32,655 nt of DNA from Octopus bimaculoides (GCF_001194135.2 NC_068985.1:12966863-12999517), one strand, 5' to 3'; counted from the stretch's first letter, positions 11,524-23,030 are shown. The notes: generated from the sequence alone by a model not told the origin. Program-made: numbers and translations.

Positions 11524-11784
11524 GGAAACCTTGCTAGTAACAGTTAGAAACGAGGGAGTATTGAGAACTGAGAAAAAAAGGATAAACAAAGGAAGGAGTA
11601 CAAAAAGGTAATGAAGAAGAATTACGCAAGAAGGGACTACACAGTCAGTTCCGTGTAGCCACAACAGAAGTTGCTGGAAAAAATAAGTGGGATTGGCTGG
11701 TGAAAGGAACACTAAAAAAAAAGAGGCCGAAAGCACTATACTGGCAGTGTAGGTCCAAGATTTGGCCACGAACTGGAGGGTCAA
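11524..11784 (+). mobile_element. Dong/R4-clade LINE internal fragment from a different family (copy 3)
   Basis: ETLLVTVRNEGVL...KGLHSQFRVATTEVAGKNKWDWLVKGTLKK, the region between RT and zinc finger; starts after a short TAA remnant. Confidence 0.7.
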
Positions 11785-12378
11785 CCTTGAGATGAATATC
11801 GCAAATATTGATTCGTTGTGTTAAGTGAATCTCTTTCATTTTATGTGGAACCCAAATATCAAGCTTTTTAACGATTCCAACATATTTTAAGTGATTTTCA
11901 ATTCTTACGTGTGATACATGTAACCTCTCTGCAATCTCTCACGCAGTTATATGACAATAAGATTCAGTTATGGCTTTGCCTCGGTCAACATCAACTTCAG
12001 TAGATCGTCCAGAACGTTGGTCAGCTTTGAGTGAAAAATCTCCAGAAAGGAATTTTTTAAACCCTTTCTGACACTTGCGTTCTGTTAAGCAATCAACAAC
12101 ATAAACTTCAAATATCTCCTTGTGAGCCTCAGATTCTTTTTTGTTTTTACTGAAATTAAAAAAAAGCAAAATATGGTGAAAATGTTTGTTTTTGCACTCC
12201 ATGTTAAACTTGACACTGAACTAACAGCTCTAAACAAAATTAGGCGCAAGTAAGCTAAAAGTAACGGGTACCAAATGACAAGAGGAAAAAAAAAAATCAT
12301 AACATTGACCAAAGTCATTGAAAGCAATTGTAACTGTATCTATTTCCGAAAAACAGAATTATTTTCTTGCCAACCTAA
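11785..12378 (-). mobile_element. Mariner, 5' half with TIR, 3'-truncated
   Basis: TA|TTAGGTTGGCAAGAAAATAATTCTG terminal repeat; MECKNKHFHHILLFF...SGDFSLK...RSGRS...REIAERLHVSH...KKLDIWVPH (mariner HTH and WVPHEL motif). Confidence 0.92.
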
Positions 12379-12849
12379 TATATGTATTTCTAATATATGT
12401 GAACGTGTGAATGACAGAATGCATTGATTATATAACTGATGACAACAAATAACTCATATTTAATTTCGAATAATAATAAAAAGATTCAAAATATATACAT
12501 GTTCTCAAGTGCATCCAAACTAAGAAACTATATACATTTAGGTTATGACATTTACATATAACCGAACAGGCAAATTATAGTCGCATAGTGTTAAACTAAA
12601 CAAATACGTAATAATGAAAGTTGGATCAGTTTTATATTCACCTACAGAGAAAGAAAATTACATATTTTGGAAGTAGTGAGTCCAGACATCAGAGTTGTTA
12701 TTACAATCACTTACTGGAAGCAAATTTTGCCGAAGTGTGTTTAAAATGTAAACACACTAAAAAACGTAAGGAATTAGTCTTCTGTAGAGAGCAGAGTTGA
12801 AAATCATCTAAAGGCAATATAATACCCTATTATGCATACAAACACTCCA

Positions 12850-12930
12850 TTATACACACACACACATACACACACACACACATACACACACACATACACA
12901 CACACACATACACACACACACATATGTATA
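12850..12930. repeat. Imperfect (CA)n/(CATA) microsatellite
   Basis: Direct sequence. Confidence 0.9.
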
Positions 12931-13140
12931 TAGAATCACTCACAAAGAGTCAGAAATACACAGAATTAGGTAGTATATACGCTATCCTCGCTAAATTTAG
13001 AAATTTCTTATAACTTGTTTAAACTGCAGGTCATAGTGTAATGCTTGACTTGAAATCAGTATATTGCCTTTAGAAATACACATACATAGCTACAAATTCA
13101 CAGTGAAAATAAAAAATGTAACTAGGTTCCAATTTATAAA

Positions 13141-13208
13141 TGTAGCGCACGAATATATGTAGCGCACGAATATATGTAGCGCACGAATATATGTAGCGCA
13201 CGAATATA
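13141..13208. repeat. 17-bp minisatellite TGTAGCGCACGAATATA, 4 copies
   Basis: Identical units at 13141, 13158, 13175 and 13192. Confidence 0.95.
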
Positions 13209-13222
13209 TATATATATATATA

Positions 13223-13384
13223 CACAGGAGTGACTTTGTGGTAAGTAGCTTGCTTACCAACCACATGGTTCTGGGTTCAGTCCCACTGCGTGGTACCTTG
13301 GGCAAGTGTCTTCTACTATAGTCTCGGGCCTTCCAAAGCCTTGTGAGTGGATTTGGTAGACGGAAACCGAAAGAAGCCTGTCGC
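13223..13384 (+). mobile_element. tRNA-derived SINE, family B, 5' half
   Basis: A-box-like tgtggtaag, B-box-like gggttcagtccc, CORE-like accttgggcaagtgtcttct, ends in a (TA)/(TG) microsatellite. Confidence 0.85.
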
Positions 13385-13601
13385 ATATATGTATGTATAG
13401 ATGTGCATAAAACAGCGTTTATTTTTGTGTTAGATGTGGCTGGAAAGTGTTTCTGCCTATAATACTAGGTCTCACAGCGCACTCAAGCGTGTGCTGCCAT
13501 CTGTTGGCGCGCTACAGAACTAAGCCGGGATCATTTTGATATCAGTAGTATATACCGTAGAAGTCGCAACAGGGGGTAAGAAGAGCAACAGCAACAACAA
13601 C

Positions 13602-13688
<87 letters not shown>

Positions 13689-13723
13689 AAGAAGAAGAAG
13701 AAGAAGAAGAAGAAGAGGAGGAG
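13602..13723. repeat. Compound (AGT)n(AAG)n microsatellite
   Basis: Direct sequence. Confidence 0.97.
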
Positions 13724-14400
13724 AAAGATCAACAACATTATCAACAGCAGTAACAACAAGACTAATATCAAATTCTCCCTTTCTTCAACGTTTGTCTCTA
13801 AATTAATTATAGTAAATGGCATATTGTCGCTATTTATATGATTGTATGCTTGCGTCATGCACTTTCAACTGGTGTCTTGGGGCTTAAGGCAAATTTTAAC
13901 GTCAGATATGTTTTATGCTCTGAACCACTTAGATGTTAGTATAAAGTATTATTTTAAATAAAGCAACTAGAGTGGTAACGTACACAAGGAGAGAGTAACC
14001 TCTGACTTAATATGATGTCGATTAGTGATTACTCGCAGGAAAATATAAATGAGTGTCTTAAAGCTTTTCACCAGCTATTATTAGGATTAAATTTACAATT
14101 CATATTTGTTTCAATATCAAATAGACGAGAGAAAAGGTTGGATTGCGTGCATGCAACATCTGAAATACGTAAAGGGTCTGACATCTATACATTTACATTT
14201 CCTAAGCGAAACAAAAATATTAAAAATAAAAACAAGAAAAGAAATATTAGTAATAATCTTTTATCTACAAATTTCAGTATGTATTGGCTACACACTTTGG
14301 TATCGAAAGCTGTGCCACATACAATTCCGAACGTAATACTTAATTCTTACCAATAGTTAAAAGAGTTATGAGAGGATCCTTGCTTTCACTTCTGAAGCAA

Positions 14401-14582
14401 CTCAGTATTGTTCCCCGTACTTCGAGCCGCATACCTTTCGTTTCTTTAACAGTAGCAGCAGGATACAGCTTTGTATAATCACAGGTTTGTCATGGAGCAA
14501 CAAGAGTTTTCACTAAGTATTTTCCCCTGTACTGCGAGCCTCATATCTTTCGTTTCCTCACCAACAACAGGGTACAGTTGTG
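14401..14582. repeat. Diverged direct repeat of about 70 bp at 112-bp spacing
   Basis: ctcagtattgttccccgtacttcgagccgcatacctttcgtttc (14401) versus ctaagtattttcccctgtactgcgagcctcatatctttcgtttc (14513). Confidence 0.75.
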
Positions 14583-15222
14583 ATGGACCCATGTTTTATC
14601 CTCTATGATAAATCTTCCGAAAAACGTCCACCTCGTTTTCGTGGTTCATTGTTAAAAGTGCCTGGAAGCAATTGACTCGTTCCTATTTCTGAAAAGGTGT
14701 GAGCATCCGGAAAATCCGTCGTGCAGACAACTTCCGCATGTGCAAATGGTCGTGAATATTGTTTTCCACGGATGCTACACTTATCTTCACTTCTTGGGCT
14801 AGTTGTTGGATAGTTATGCGGTGATCCTCCAAAAATGGTGGCTTCCACTTTATGGATGATGTCGTCATCAATGGCGGAAAGTGGTAATCCAGTAATAGGA
14901 GCAGTTTCCACCGATGTCCGACCACATTTGATTTCGCGATGACAGTGCTCGACTACGTCGTATGATGGTGCATGCTCACCATAAACTTCTTTCGTCTCAT
15001 CGAAAGTCTCCTTTGAAGTACGACTTTTCAAATATCATTGGTCTGCATTCAACTGCCTCCATAATAACCTTAGTCAACAGCCGTAAAAGACAAACGAATG
15101 CTAGTGGAAAGCTGCAATTTACAATGCAACTCGTAGAGACATGATTGATTATACTTGTATAAGTTCCGTTTCTTGCAAACATCGGAAGTGCATTAGTGGA
15201 AATCTTTAATGAAAACCCTTCG
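14575..15222 (-). mobile_element. Mariner (irritans-like), 5' half, degraded
   Basis: TA|CGAAGGGTTTTCATTAAAG end; MEAVECR...KEVYGEHAPSYDVV...KCGRTSVETAP...HDHLHMRKLSAR...LTPFQK...DKTWVHH. Confidence 0.9.
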
Positions 15223-15977
15223 TACTTCTGTTCTAAATTCTGTTCTCTTGCGTAAGAGAAAACAAAGTATTTTGATGATATTTTAATGATATTTTCTAAA
15301 AACGAAATTGCAGTGGATTTCATTATCACTTGCTGGCCGTTTCTCCGATCGCAACAGGTTACTCCACGTATCTTACAAACATTTTGGACTTTCGAATGTT
15401 TTTATTTAGGTTTTTTTTTTAAGTGACTTTGTTCAATATTTAACGAGTGGCTTCGTGCCAATGATACATTCAAGAGGCTATCCACAAGTTCAAAATAATC
15501 TTATCAGGAGACAATAAAGCTCTCTCGTTGCCTGCAAAACGTTTTGTTTGTTTAGTCTGCTTTCCTTTAATGTCGATGAGATTGCAGTTCTTCGTGTTTT
15601 TTTTTTTNNNNNNNNNNTAGAAAATCGCTTAACTTATCTCAAATGAATTTCACCCCGTGTTGGGTATAGAATCAGTTTGCGTGCAAAACTTTTGGTGAAG
15701 GGCAAGTCGGTTGAGTAAATTTTGCTTTTATGATTAGAGATATTTTGTTATTCATAATAAAACAAACGAACGGAAGAAGTAAGACAATTACTATTGATAG
15801 CATTGCAATGACAATCAAACTAGGACTCTATTTACATCTCTTTAAAAATGCATCTTGACGGATGTGTACTTAATTGTAGCGACAACAGGGGTGGGTGTTG
15901 TCAAACTTTGACAGAGTGGAATTTCATTCCGCGTGAGGTCGACGAAATAAGCAACAAACAGATTAGAGAGACCGGCA

Positions 15978-16012
15978 TCATTGGCTCAAAGTCGAGCGTA
16001 AATATGGCGGCA
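15978..16012 (+). promoter_or_regulatory. Possible promoter motif pair: inverted CCAAT box (ATTGG 15980-84) and YY1-like AATATGGCGGC (16001-11)
   Basis: Motif match by eye within a locally CpG-richer patch not assigned to a repeat. Confidence 0.2.
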
Positions 16013-16075
16013 ATCCATTGAAACAAACCATTAAATAACTAATAGCATAGAATTATGTGTGCGTATATCTATTAC

Positions 16076-16077
16076 GG

Positions 16078-16118
<41 letters not shown>

Positions 16119-16162
16119 CATACATACATACATACATACATGCATACATACATAAACACACA
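16076..16162. repeat. (GATA)n(CATA)n microsatellite
   Basis: Direct sequence. Confidence 0.95.
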
Positions 16163-16164
16163 TA

Positions 16165-17447
16165 CGAGGGAGAGTAAAGAATTAAACGCACTTTTGTTTT
16201 CTCAATATATTTACACAAAAGCAGAGGATAAACAAGTACGTCATTTGTCTACATAGTCTCTTTCTTTCTCGATGCGCTTGGTCCAGCAGTCCACAAGCTT
16301 GCGTATTCTCTCCAAGAAGAATGTATTCAGTTGGCCGTGCAACCATTTATGTATGCACCGCTTCCTTCACATCCTCATATGTAAGAAATCGACAACCTCG
16401 TAAACCATCTTTGGGCGATCCAAAGATATGATAGTCGGAAGGGACGAGATCTAGGTTGTAGGCAAAGTGTTCTAGTGCCTCAAAACCCAACTGGTTAATG
16501 GTTTCAACGGTCTGGGCGGCCGTGTGTGGGCGTGCATTTTCATGCAATAACAAATCTTTCTTCGACAACAGGCTTTGGTGTTTGGTGGGAATTGCTGGAT
16601 TCAGCATGTAGGCCAGCAAAGCACCGTATCATTCACCTTTGATAGTACAAACTTTTTTCATGTAGACTTCGAGTATTGGTCTTTTTGAGTCCCAAAAACG
16701 GGTTAGCTTCACCTTTCCGGCGGAAGACTGAGTCTTGAATTAGTTCGTCGCTGGCGAGCCATGAGGTTCCCACTCCGTACTCTCTCTTATGGATTCTGCC
16801 TCATAATGATGGACCCACGTTTCATCTGCTGTAACTATTTTGCTCACAAAATTTCTCACCCTCATTATTGTAGTGTTCGAGTAAACGTTGGCAGACCTCA
16901 AGAGCAGTAAGCTCTCTTGGCACGCATCTTGCACAGACTTTATGGAAGCCGAAATTATCGTGGATGATTTGATAGACAGAACCACGAATAATCTACAGAG
17001 AATGCACTGCATCATCGATGATAACTCACAGATTCGCCATTACCATCTCTCAAGCTAGCCGAATCGTTTCGTCAGTGGTGGAAGTTGACGGGCGTCCTGC
17101 TTCCTCCCCTTGTATCACGCTTCTCCGGCTACTTTTAAAATTCTCGATTCACTCATGCGCACTTCTACGCGGTAGTGCACTGTTCGGGTGTTGTACTAAA
17201 AGTCTCCGATGAATTTCAACACTTGACACACCTTCCGACTAGAGAAATTGGATTACTGCTCTTTGTTCTTTCTTGCTCGTGGAGCGGCCATGCTTACACT
17301 GGAAAGCCAGAAAGAAAAATGGTGCGATCAGGCTCAAACTTCGATCGCGAGACGACAATAGTACCAACTATGAGCATGCATGCGTAGAAGGTAGTGTGAT
17401 AATAATAGAAATATATTATGGTGAAAGTGCGGTTAATTTTCGACTCG
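16165..17447 (-). mobile_element. Full-length (1283 bp) degraded mariner, DD34D
   Basis: TA at 16163-64 and 17448-49; imperfect TIRs (CGAGGGAGAGTAAAGAATTAAACGCACT and AGTGCGGTTAATTTTCGACTCG); KIVTADETWVHHY, LLHENARPHTA and PSDYHIF motifs broken by stops and frameshifts. Confidence 0.95.
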
Positions 17448-17482
17448 TACTTATGTATATGTGTGAGAGAGAGGGAGAGAGA

Positions 17483-17530
<48 letters not shown>

Positions 17531-17902
17531 NNNNNNNNNNNNNNNNNNNNNNNNNNNNNNNNNNNNNNNNNNNNNNNNNNNNNNNNNNNNNNNNNNNNNN
17601 NNNNNNNNNNNNNNNNNNNNNNNNNNNNNNNNNNNNNNNNNNNNNNNNNNNNNNNNNNNNNNNNNNNNNNNNNNNNNNNNNNNNNNNNNNNNNNNNNNNN
17701 NNNNNNNNNNNNNNNNNNNNNNNNNNNNNNNNNNNNNNNNNNNNNNNNNNNNNNNNNNNNNNNNNNNNNNNNNNNNNNNNNNNNNNNNNNNNNNNNNNNN
17801 NNNNNNNNNNNNNNNNNNNNNNNNNNNNNNNNNNNNNAGAGAGAGAGAGAGAGAGAGTAAGAACGAGAGAGTTTATGAGAGAGTGGAAGAGAGGTAGAGA
17901 GA

Positions 17903-17982
17903 GAGAGAGTGTGCGTGTGAGAGAGAGTGTGCGTGTGAGAGAGAGTGTGCGTGTGAGAGAGAGTGTGCGTGTGAGAGAGAGA
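17903..17982. repeat. 18-bp unit GAGAGAGTGTGCGTGTGA, about 4 copies, within a (GA)n tract
   Basis: Direct sequence. Confidence 0.9.
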
Positions 17983-18102
17983 GGGCTTGATAAATACTGC
18001 GTTTTCTGTAATCAGTAAGCTTTGTCACTACCCAACATATTACGCTGAAACAAAATTTTAAATCTACTGCGCTCTCATGACTGTCATTACGGTGAAGAAA
18101 GC

Positions 18103-18106
<4 letters not shown>

Positions 18107-18137
<31 letters not shown>

Positions 18138-18147
18138 TGTATGTGTG

Positions 18148-18198
<51 letters not shown>
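18107..18198. repeat. (TATG)n(TATC)n microsatellite
   Basis: Direct sequence. Confidence 0.95.
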
Positions 18199-18280
18199 TT
18201 ACCCCTCACTTTCGCTTACACACCATATATATGGATAGACAAAGACCGACAGATGAATAGAGAGATAGATAGGTAGATAC

Positions 18281-18438
18281 ATTTCTTTTATTAGCCACAC
18301 AGGGCTCAACGAAGATGGGACAAATACAATGTAGAGCTTTTCTTTTTGGGAGGGGGAAGAAAAAAAAAGGGGGGGCCATCAAAAGAGATCGTAGGAATGA
18401 AAAGGGGGTAGTTCGATCAAAAGGGATCAAAAAAAAAA
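18281..18438 (-). mobile_element. Probable 3' end of a LINE embedded in a (TATC)n array
   Basis: Minus strand reads (TATC)n...ttgtatttgtcccatcttcgttgagccctgtgtggctAATAAAagaaa-tg-(TATC); the tail resembles the SINE tail at 23740-23785. No coding part is present. Confidence 0.55.
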
Positions 18439-18499
18439 GTAGATAGATAGATAGATAGGTAGATAGATAGATGGATAGATAGATAGATAGATAGATAGG

Positions 18500-18565
<66 letters not shown>
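18439..18565. repeat. (GATA)n microsatellite
   Basis: Direct sequence. Confidence 0.97.
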
Positions 18566-18937
18566 TGAGATGATACGATATGAATGACAATTTATTATTC
18601 AAAGCTGTTTCAAATCCGTATTATCAGATGCTTTCATCTTCTTATATGATCTGCTTTCCTCTACCTGGCGAAATCTGTACGCACTCAAACGCAAAGACTA
18701 AGCATGATCTTCACACAGAAATAAACCATTACTGCCCACACAAGATGATAATAGAAGTGTGTGTGTTTGCGCGAGTGTGTGTGCGTGTGAGTGCGTTTTT
18801 GGGGGTGTGTGTTCATAAGCTTTGTTATTTCATTACAGTAAACTTAAGTTCGGTGAAGAGCCGATTACAGTTCTTTGCATACAGTGTTATTATTAAAACA
18901 AAGAGAACGTATTATTATTATTAGATGTTATACGCAA

Positions 18938-19160
18938 GGAGGCGACCTGGCAGAGTGGCAAGAACGCTGGGCAAAAATGCTTAGCGGTATTTCGTCTGCC
19001 GCTACGTTCTGAGTTCAAATTCCACCGAGATCGAATTTTGCTTTTCATCCTTTCGGGGTCAATAAATTAAGTACCAGTTGCGTAATGGGGTCGATCTAAT
19101 CGACTGCCCCTTCCTAAGATTTCAGGCCATCTCCCTCTTGTGCCTAGAGTAGAAAAGAAT
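18938..19160 (+). mobile_element. SINE family A, near full length
   Basis: tRNA head with B-box gagttcaaattcc; central core ...ttgcttttcatcctttcggggtcaataaattaagtaccag (Meta/MESC-like domain, from recall); tail ttgtgcctagagtagaaaagaat. Confidence 0.9.
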
Positions 19161-19355
19161 CGTTAGGACGCTAGACGAAATGCTTAGCAGGATTTCGTCA
19201 GTCCTTACGTTCTGAGTTCAAATTCCACCGAGATCGACTTTGCTTTTCATCGTTTCAAGTTCGATAAATTAAGTACCAGTTGCATACTGGATCGATCTAA
19301 TCGACTGCCCCCCCCCACTCCGTCAAATTTCAGGCCTTGTGCCTAGAGTAGAAAT
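19161..19355 (+). mobile_element. SINE family A, second tandem copy starting at cgttag
   Basis: Directly follows the previous copy; same core and tail. Confidence 0.9.
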
Positions 19356-19377
19356 GATTATTAATATTATACTTCTT

Positions 19378-19555
19378 AATGCGGGAAGCTAGCTAAATTG
19401 TTAGATCAACGGACAATATACTTTGCATGTAGATCTGGACAGATTTAAGTTGTGAGTTCAAATTTTGCCGAAGTCAACATTAGTTGTCCTTTCGGGGTCG
19501 ATAATATAATCACTACTTGAGTACTGGGTTCGATATTATCATCTAGCTTCCTCCT
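19378..19555 (+). mobile_element. Older, degenerate SINE family A copy
   Basis: gagttcaaattttgccgaagtcaac...cctttcggggtcgataa. Confidence 0.7.
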
Positions 19556-19659
19556 ACAAAATTATTACTATCATTATTAATATTATCTACTATGATAATA
19601 CTGTTGTGTATTTCTCCGTCACAACATATGAATGAGAAAGGAAGGCGTGATGACAAACT

Positions 19660-19900
19660 TGGTAGCGGGATGTTGGAAGTTCTACGGTGAAAAGCAAAAA
19701 TCAAACAGCGTTTCGACTCTGCGTGGGTGTTTGTCTATGTAGAAGGATTCACACGAATGCGTGTGTGCGTGTGTGCGTGCGTGTGCGTGCGCGTGTGTGT
19801 ACGCACTGCAAGTGGGACGGTGAACATTCACCGGTGAAAAGAAAAATTAAACAGCGTTTCAACTCTTGTTTGAGTATATGTGTGTATGTGTGGCAGATGG
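19660..19900. repeat. Diverged dimer with ~147-bp period and an internal (GT/GC) microsatellite
   Basis: ggtgaaaagcaaaaatcaaacagcgtttcgactct (19686) versus ggtgaaaagaaaaattaaacagcgtttcaactct (19833). Confidence 0.75.
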
Positions 19901-19954
19901 AAGCAGAACGCGTCTGTACACTTCAGATGTAGATCAATGGCGAGTTGAACTTAC

Positions 19955-20004
19955 CCTGCCTCCAGAACGAAAGGACCACGTGCGCATGCAAGATATAACA
20001 GAAA
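19955..20004 (-). CDS. Weak candidate 50-nt exon (all three frames open, e.g. FCYILHAHVVLSFWRQ)
   Basis: Perfect donor CAGG|GTAAGT; weak acceptor cattcatAG. Confidence 0.2.
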
Positions 20005-20180
20005 CTATGAATGTTATTCTTAATTTTAATTTCAATTTTATTTTATTAATAGCCCTCTTCTCACATATTTTATACTCATTTGTGATAAGGTCTTTTCGAA
20101 AAAAAACCAAACATGTAATGTAAATTAAATAAAACACCCAATTTTTTTAAAAAGTGGCAGTTTCATTTTTGTTATCTTTA

Positions 20181-20241
<61 letters not shown>

Positions 20242-21179
20242 TGTGTGTGTGTGTGTGCATATATATATATCAATCGAGTTTCAATCTTCTCGAAAACCCA
20301 AATATCAGCTGTAAACTCAATGAGGTCTAGATCACAATCCGCAGATACAACAATCTGATTTACTGAAAGAGAGAAAAATATTTCTCGATTGTTATTTCAA
20401 ATAGAATTATATAAGTCATGATTTTCAAGTGATCCTTGGTGCATGACAAAACGACTACCGCCTTTGTTTTCAATTTACAAATATATTGGTTGTTATTTTT
20501 GAAATGCCTTCACCTCTGTCTCCGGTCACGTAAACATATGTTAAGAAACGTGTAATGCATATGTGTATATATGTATATATGTATATGTATGTATGTATAT
20601 ACGTACATACACACACACACGCACACACATATACATATGTATGAAAATGTGTGTAGGTATTTGTGAGTCCGAGAAGATATTCTATTTGACAGTAAAAATA
20701 ACCTCATACATAAATAATTAGTAGTTAATTGCACTAGAGTTAATTAGGTTTTTAATTCAGCATGAGAAATTACGGCTTCGGGCGATTGACTAATGCTAGT
20801 GTTGTTTTTATTTTATTATTTTATTTTTTTATTTTATTTGCTCCGATATCTTATCTCACCGGAAATTTACCACTGCTCTCGCCCACAATCGAAGTTTTAT
20901 GAAATAAAAATTACGCAAGTAGTGAAATTTGCAAAGAAATATCTTCTTTTTGTGTGTGATTTGAAGGAGTTCGAATCTTGATCTGCTCTCAACGTGAATC
21001 ATAATGAATTTGAAAGAGAGTTACGCTGGACAAACTGCCCCGCTCTCCTGCCATTTACAATCTCATCAGTGATAATCCGCGAAGGGCATTTGGTATTTTA
21101 TGCAAGAAGCAATGAGATAAATCAGGTGATCTGTTGTGCGGAGGGATGTTTATCATACGGTGAAATAGCTAAGTCTCGC

Positions 21180-21372
21180 TTTTTACTTTTTATTTTTTTC
21201 AGTCATTTGACTGCAGCCATGCTGGACCGCCGAGAAGGCTGTTTACCCGAACAATTCGACCTTAGGACTTATTTCTTCAGGATAGCACATATTCTATCGG
21301 TCTATTTAGTCGAACGTAAATACCCGTTATCACACTCGAGGAGGGGGACAAACACAGACACAAAGGTACACA
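21180..21372 (-). mobile_element. SINE family B, 3' half
   Basis: ttcagtcatttgactgcagccatgctgga...aggacttatt...ttctatcggtct...ggggacaaacacagacacaaag, recognised from recall as the 3' part of the abundant octopus SINE. Confidence 0.7.
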
Positions 21373-21404
21373 CAATTATACTGAAATATTTCAATATCAT
21401 TCGA

Positions 21405-23030
21405 GCAGGAAATTCTTTTCTCAGTAATATACGTGCATCTAATAATGTGTTAGTCTTAACTTCACTTAGATTAGAGCCCCAGGATTTAGTTCCACATTTA
21501 AGATCCAAGACAAGGTCTATCATATCATTGTATCACTACTTCACCCAAGTTTGCGCAGCCCTACTTCTATGAGACAAATAATGAGCTTCGGAATTGCTTG
21601 AAGCATACTAATTAGGATGTTGCCATCCGGCAGGAACTGCAAGAAGATTTGCACTTTTACAACACATGCATAAGAAGCTTCAAAGCAGTCATTGAATTAC
21701 CAGACCTCGAAAATGTGAATACATGCTGAAAAGAAGATAAATTCCACTGATTTTCATTCTCCCACATACGATCTTCCCATCGCATCTAAGATTGCTGTTA
21801 TACAACCTCATACATTATTAGGTCTCTTGGTTGTCATTCTTAATAAAAGAGATGGTGGTCTTCAGAGGATTCATCAGTCGCACCGTTCTTATGAATCCCT
21901 GCATTATGTGTTACTGTTTCCTTGGGGGAATGATGGGTTTCAGTTTGTTTTGAAAAGGATTGACAACAATCACATACTCACATTCAGTGATTTCTGCTGT
22001 TATCGGTTACTGATTAGGCAAAGTGACTGTAAGATTATCATGAAGATTAGGCGGCTCATGCAGCAATATGCTGTACATGCCCAGGCAAAGATAGAACATT
22101 GTCGCCTTACTTGGGCCCAAAATAATCCAACCATGGTACGAGCTGAAAAGTATAAGGGTTTATAAGATGCTGTGGCTGAAGGAGGTTCAGTAAATGCAGG
22201 CCGGACAATTGTTCTTCCACCTTCAATCTATGGTTCCTCTCGCTTCCACAATGATCGCTTCCAGAACTCAATGACTGTGGTTCAACACATGGGAATGCCA
22301 TCTTATTTAATCACAGTAACAACCAACCCTAACTGAGATGAAATATAAAAGAATTGTCTGAACCCGATGAAGAACCTAGGGATCCTCCTGATATGTGTGC
22401 ATGAGTCTTCAAGATCAAGTATGACAGCCTGGTGAATGATATACTAAAACAAAATATCTTGGGAAAAAGTAGTGGCTCATTCTTCCACAGTAGAGTGGCA
22501 GAAACGAGGCCTCACTCATGCTCATATTCTGCTGATAAGCCCAAAACTCCAAATAAGAGGTTATCAAACATTTTGGGCCATCGTCACCCTCATGTTCACA
22601 TAATACCCTCAGCGCCCTCACCCCTATTTTTATGTATAAATAAATATTTTATATTTTACTAATTTATATATACTATGAACCATTTGATATTTAATATAAT
22701 ATTATATAATTTGTATATAATAATATAACCCCATATATCTCAATTGTATACAATACTATATACATTATATATGTCAAGACCTTGAGTTCCCTTTCTCCTT
22801 CACTCGCAAGCAATATTCTGTCAAACCAGCCTTTGCCCTAGCATGCAACAAAGCACAACGGCAGAGATTTTAAAAGATAGGTGTCTATCTACCAACATAA
22901 TTCTTCGTACACGGTCAGATGTATGTTGCATTATGAAGAGCGTCAAGAAAAGAAAATATAAAAATATCAGCCCAAGTAAATGAAAAGGGTCCATTTATTG
23001 ACAATTGTGTCTACAAAGAAACCCTACAAT
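21405..23030 (+). pseudogene. Helitron RepHel relic: N-terminal and Rep (HUH) region, large internal deletion, then helicase C-terminus
   Basis: FLSNIR..; GFSSTFKIQDKVYH; PKFAQPYFYET; HRSYESLHYVLLFPWGNDG; RRLMQQYAV; GRTIVLPPS; EWQKRGLTHAHILL (HUH motif); then RKQYSVKPAFA...NKAQ...VHGQMYVAL..NCVYKETL. Confidence 0.92.

Noticed and set aside
13520-13858. Poly-S/K and poly-L/F ORFs (also poly-I at 9755-10099)
   Set aside because: Translations of trinucleotide microsatellites.
20994-21572. 192-aa ORF, the longest gap-free ORF in the track
   Set aside because: A chance read-through of unique DNA, an antisense SINE and the start of the Helitron relic; no coherent domain.
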